This document shows, one piece after another, positions 59,242 to 64,000 of a stretch of 64,000 nucleotides of DNA. The notes beneath the pieces were generated by a model, which did not search any database, was not told where the DNA came from, and saw nothing but the letters and a program-made list of their open reading frames with translations. Within the stretch, counting starts at the first letter, position 1; each line of letters starts with the position of its first letter. The stretch lies in the NCBI GenBank assembly GCA_029717555.1, contig JAMDHS010000029.1:62001-126000 (forward strand), read 5' to 3'. Origin of the DNA: Peribolospora baueri (Eukaryota). Both the position numbers and the translations under genes were made by a program.

Positions 59242-60802
59242 ATGAAGACCGATGAGGCTATGAAGATCGACGCGCGCTCGCCCTCTCCCTCTTCGCGCCC
59301 CATCGCCCCCCTCCCTTCCTCCTCCTCGTCCGACCCATCTACTTCTTCCGCCGCTCGTGTACACCCCACCAAGCGCCAAAAGACCGATCCCTCCCTTGTG
59401 CCCCAAGCACCCAAGATCCCCAAAACGCTTGCTGAAAAGGAAGCGACCTCCCGTCTCATCGTCGTCCTCGAACAGGCCTGTCTCGAGACCTACAAGATTT
59501 CCTCTGGCAGCGCAACCCGCGGAGGCGGTGGAAAAGACTCAGGCAAGGATGCCAAATATGCGCTACTCAACTGCGATGATCATCAGCGCATCCTGGCCAA
59601 GATGGGGAGGGATATCGCGGATGCCAGACCGGATATCACTCATCAGGTGAGGGCAAGGGCTGCGAAAGAGACGTTTATGGAGGGAGTCGGCGTATGCCGA
59701 ACAAATATTTGCCGATATGACTGATGTCATTGCGTCTTCATCAACCCTTCTCCCCAGTGCCTACTCACCCTCCTCGACTCGCCTCTAAACAAAGCCGGCC
59801 TACTACAGGTCTATATCCACACTGCCCGCGGCGTGCTTATTGAGGTCAATCCGCACGTGCGCATTCCGAGGACGTTTAAGAGATTTTCTGGACTTATGGG
59901 TGCGTTTTTTTCATCTTCCCGGCTTTGGTTTGTTCGCCGTGCAATACCGAATACTGGGAGTGTAAAAGGGACAAATAGTAGAAGCGACCGAATCGGTCGC
60001 GGGGGGGGGGGGAGAGAGCGTCGACAAGCTATGTTTTGCGGAGACGGTAATCCGTGCTCTGTTTGGGTGGGAATGCTGATTTGTACGTCTCCTGTCGCCC
60101 TTTCCTCTCCTAGTCCAACTCTTGCACCGACTAAGTATTCGAAGCGTCAAAGGATCGGAGAAGTTGCTCAAAGTCGTAAAGGTGAGCTTTTCGTTTAAGT
60201 ATACCTTCACGTGGGCAGAACTTATGTTACGGACTTTTTGACCTCTTCCGTCCCGGTTTACAACTTTTTTTGATTTGTGATTTCCCTGTACCATTTGCCC
60301 GTTGGACCCCCAGAACCCCATCACTGATCATCTTCCTACGAATACGCGTAAAATAAGTAAGGCTTCTTTCCGCTCACTTTCTTGATTGGCCTCTCGAGAT
60401 GTGGTTCGCCGTTAAAGCCGCTCATCCATTCTTCCTTCCGCGTCGGTCTGTCCCTGGCTCCCGCTTGTCCTCCAGCTCTCTCCTTCGACGCCCCAGTCCA
60501 GCGGCTCTCCACTTACCTCGAAACTGTGCCAAAGGACCACAGCATCTGTGTCTTTGTGGGCGCCATGGCCCACGGCCCGGACAACTTCGCCGACCAGTGG
60601 GTCGACGAGAAGATCTCCGTCAGCCAGTACCCGCTCAGCGCTAGCGTCGCTTGTGGAAAGGTGAGTCGTCGGGATGTCCTGGCATAGCTGGGTTTCGATG
60701 TGGCAAAATGCTTGCTGCTGTGATCTGACGCATGTTGTCTGGTTGTTTTCTTTTCCTATTTAGTTCTGCTGCGCACTCGAAGATCTGTGGGGAGTCCTTT
60801 AA
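59242..60802 (+). CDS. EMG1: rRNA small subunit methyltransferase Nep1/Emg1, multi-exon
   Basis: [110 protein letters not shown]. Confidence 0.96.
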
Positions 60803-61304
60803 AACTGGAGCGAAGAGTGCTCTTGCCCGCCCTTGTGTGCCATTGCTGGCGAGCTGGCGTGAACAGCATCTTGCTCTACCCCATATGGCGCCTCAACTGC
60901 GTTGTTCCTCCTCATCCCTGCTTCCAGTTCCGAGTAGTTCCCTTGTCTCGCTCCCCTCCTCGCCCCACCCGACCCCCACCCGCCCGGCTAGTCGTACTCA
61001 ACTCATCATCAGACGCATGTTCAACCCATGTATCATTAGACCCGTACCCTCTTGTTGCTGGCTTTTATTCTGTCCATCCGAAGTCATCGATTTGAATTCA
61101 GGAAATATCATTTCAGGCGAATCTGTGGATAATCACACCTCCGACTTGCGACACGTGAGCTGATCACAGTAAATTGGCGAGTCGCGCGTAAATTGGGCGG
61201 ACGCCTTTCCTCCCACGACCACCCGTCTCCATGGCCACATTCGTCCCTGCGCCCATTTCTTTCAAGCGCACCTGAATCGCCCTAACGAGCGCCGGCAGAG
61301 AGGC

Positions 61305-64000
61305 ATGGTCCGGGCCGCGAAGCGCCAAAAGACGACCAGGTCTCTGGCCTCTGGCACCACCACCCCTGCTTCATCCTCATCCGCTGCGTCGCCCAACGGC
61401 GCAAGCTCTGGAGCGAGCGGAAATGCGGGCCTAGGTCAAGCTTCTCTGCTTCGCTTCTTTGCTTCCCCTTCCAAATCCGCTCCTGCCGACCTCGGAGGTT
61501 TGTCTCCCTCACGGCCAGTATACTCAAATTCTGATGAAGAGGTCCGACAGGGCAGTTCCAGATCCGGGCGACGATCGGCCATCGGTGGCGAGGGCGAGGG
61601 CGAGGCGTCACAACGAGGTGGCGTTGGGGGAAGGTCGGCGGTGACGTCGAGGGACGAGCAGGCGCAGGTGGACGAGGCAATCAGGTTGAGTTTGGCAGAG
61701 GAGGAGGAGAGGCCGTTGAGGAACGATGTGACCGCGGCGGACGGCGGCGTGCTGTGCGCGGGGCCGGAAGGGGGTAGGCCAGTAGGCGATTTTCCGTGCA
61801 AGGCAGCAGATTTGGAGGGCCTTTCTAAGGAGTTCTTCTTGGATCACGAGATGCACGAGACCGCCGTCGATGTTGGCGCAGGGCCGGTGAGCTCAGTGTC
61901 AGGGGTGGGACAAGGCGTCGTGGGAAACACGACGGTAGCAGGCGAGCGAGGGGATGAGACAGAGTGTCCGGTATGTGGTATGTTGGTTAAACAAAAGGTG
62001 AATTGACGGTCGCATGACTGGTATCAATGAGGAGCGAGCGTATATCAGGTCATGCTCATGTATGTGCTTGTCTTTCCCTCCTTCCACACGCTGGTTTATT
62101 ATGCAGGCCATTCAAACTCACGTCAATCGATGTCTGGACGGAGTACGACCCAGGCAGCCAACGTCCTCGCTGCCACCTGATGATGAACCTGCACCGGCGT
62201 CGGATCCTTCTGCTTCTCATCGATGCGCGCCGTTGGCGCCTTCCTCCAACGGTCCGGCGATTGCGTCTCGTAAGCTCACTCGAATGGCTGTTATGCCCAA
62301 TTTCCTAGCCTGGCCGTCATCTCAAGGAGCTATGCCTTCTGTTTCCAATGACCGGGCCAACGCATCGTCGCTGCCGTTGAAAGTCGAGCCACGGCGTGGT
62401 CCTTCGTCCCCGTCTCTCGATGGGCTCCCTTCGGGCAACGGCAACGCCGCCTCCAAACGTCCAATTGGTCGCCCAGACGCCTTTTCCCTCCTTATGTCTT
62501 CCCACATTGAAGACAAGGCCTGGGCGGAGAGCGACCAAATTGAATCGGACCGGCGGTCTGGAAAGGGACCGAGGATCACTACCAACAATCCCGGCAAACC
62601 TGCGCCGTTTTACAAAATTTTGCAGGGCATGCCGCTCGCTGTAGATGCGTTCCGGTTTGGAAGGATCGAGGGCATTAAAGGATATTTCCTGACGTAAGCT
62701 TCAGCGTTTCGTTCTCTTTCTTACCAGCGAGGACATGAGGAGGGCCGATAATGGCTGACGTATCTTTCGCCTTGGGCGCGCCCTTGTCGCGGATCGCAGG
62801 CATTTCCATTCCGATCATTTCGGAGGGCTTACCTCTGCCTGGACTGCTGGGCCGATTTACTGTTCCGAGGTGAGCGCTGACGTAGTTACTCTCACTTCTC
62901 TGCCGGCTTGTAAGACCGTTCGTGTTGATCTTCCATTGCTGCTACATCGCGCCCCGCAGACAACCGCCAACCTTGTACGCCTTTCCCTCCGTGTACCGGA
63001 GCACTACATTCATCCTCTGCCAATGGAGACGCCGGTGATGATACAAGGCGTGGAGGTGACGCTGATAGAGGCCAATCACTGTCCTGGCTCGGTTATCTTC
63101 CTCTTTGAGGGCCCGCAAACGATCAATATTGGACCTGGGTTTGCCAGCCCGCACGTGGGCACTGGGAGAGTATTCCGGTATTTGCATTGTGGCGACTTCA
63201 GAGCGAGGTAGGCGGTGGTTTTTATTTGTGCTTGTTCGATTCTGCAAAGGCGGCTGACCATGCACGTAAACATGGTCACAGCCCACAGCACGTCAACCAC
63301 CCAGCAGTGAGACGGAAGAAACTTGACATCATCTATCTCGAGTGCGTCGTCCTGGCCTCTTCAATGCGATACAGTGACAGATCGGGCTCACTAGTTTGAC
63401 GGGTTTCGGTGTCCAGCACCACCTATCTTAACCCCCGATACTGCTTTCCAGCACAAGATCAAGTCGTGCAGGCATGTGCGGACCTCGTCCTTCACCGGAT
63501 CGCGACAAGTTCAGTGGACTTTGTCTCGGGGGGTCACATCAAACCCGATCTTTCGAAGTTCTCTTTCACCTTCCACACGCGAGCCGTTTCTTCTTCCGCT
63601 GCCCAAGCCAATCCTTTGAGTCCTGATGCGAATTCAGGCAAGACAGACGCGGAGGAGAGCAAGGAAGAAGTAGAGGTTTTCTTGCAAGGCATGCAAGGCG
63701 ATAGCCGCCAAGGTGCCACCCTTAAGGGCTGGCTCAGACGTGGGGCTGCCGAGCCGGACACCGAACGTGTATCGACGGCGGACATGCAGACGGAGGCGGA
63801 AGATCTAGTCGACGTCCGCGTGAAGGAAGGGCGAGCAGACGATTGCTCTCCTACGGAGACTCCCAGCTTCGACGACCTCGACGTCAGCATGCCGGAGGAG
63901 GCGGCAGAGCCTTATGCAGAAGATATGGAGGAGGAGCTTGGGGGATTTGAAGAGGAGGAAGATCCTATCCGGCCGGAGGACAAAACTGAGGCACTAGTTG
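61305..64000 (+). CDS. PSO2: DNA interstrand cross-link repair nuclease Pso2/Snm1 (beta-CASP metallo-beta-lactamase), multi-exon, runs off the window's right edge
   Basis: UBZ-like CPVCG...HVNRCLD, PFYKILQGMPLAVDAFRFG, YFLT|HFHSDHFGGL, IYCSE|TTANL, EANHCPGS, YLHCGDFRA, IYL(D)TTYLNPRYCFP.Q. Confidence 0.92.

Noticed and set aside
1..64000. CRISPR arrays, tRNA or rRNA genes
   Set aside because: None seen; the repeats are simple microsatellites without spacers. Small ncRNAs cannot be excluded by eye.

Overview
Intron-rich, GC-rich fungal genomic DNA, most likely basidiomycete (inferred from protein style and from GTGAG/GTAAG...YAG introns). About 20 conserved genes are recognisable. In order: glutathione synthetase (5' part, runs off the left edge and is absent from the ORF track), cysteine synthase, cystathionine gamma-synthase, nicotianamine synthase, GPI10/PIG-B, a sterol-esterase-type lipase, an NmrA-like protein, mitochondrial MDH, a LYR protein, SEC2, a Ser/Thr kinase, an unknown gene, prefoldin 3, PNO1, SHQ1, a PNUTS/Ppn1-like protein, CDC14, a Kre9/Knh1-like secreted protein, EMG1 and PSO2/SNM1 (runs off the right edge). 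Two regions stand out. (1) At 1-7.6 kb, four consecutive genes (GSH2 <- -> Cys synthase -> cystathionine gamma-synthase -> <- NAS) link sulfur amino acid supply to two metal-chelator pathways, making a candidate metabolic gene cluster. (2) A ~10 kb accessory interval between CDC14 and EMG1 holds a scrambled Ty3/Gypsy relic and a lower-GC island of apparently Aspergillus/Penicillium-type DNA. That island contains a Ste20/PAK pseudogene with an internal inversion and an F-box pseudogene. All calls come from manual translation and motif recognition; no database searches were run, and exon boundaries are hand-derived.
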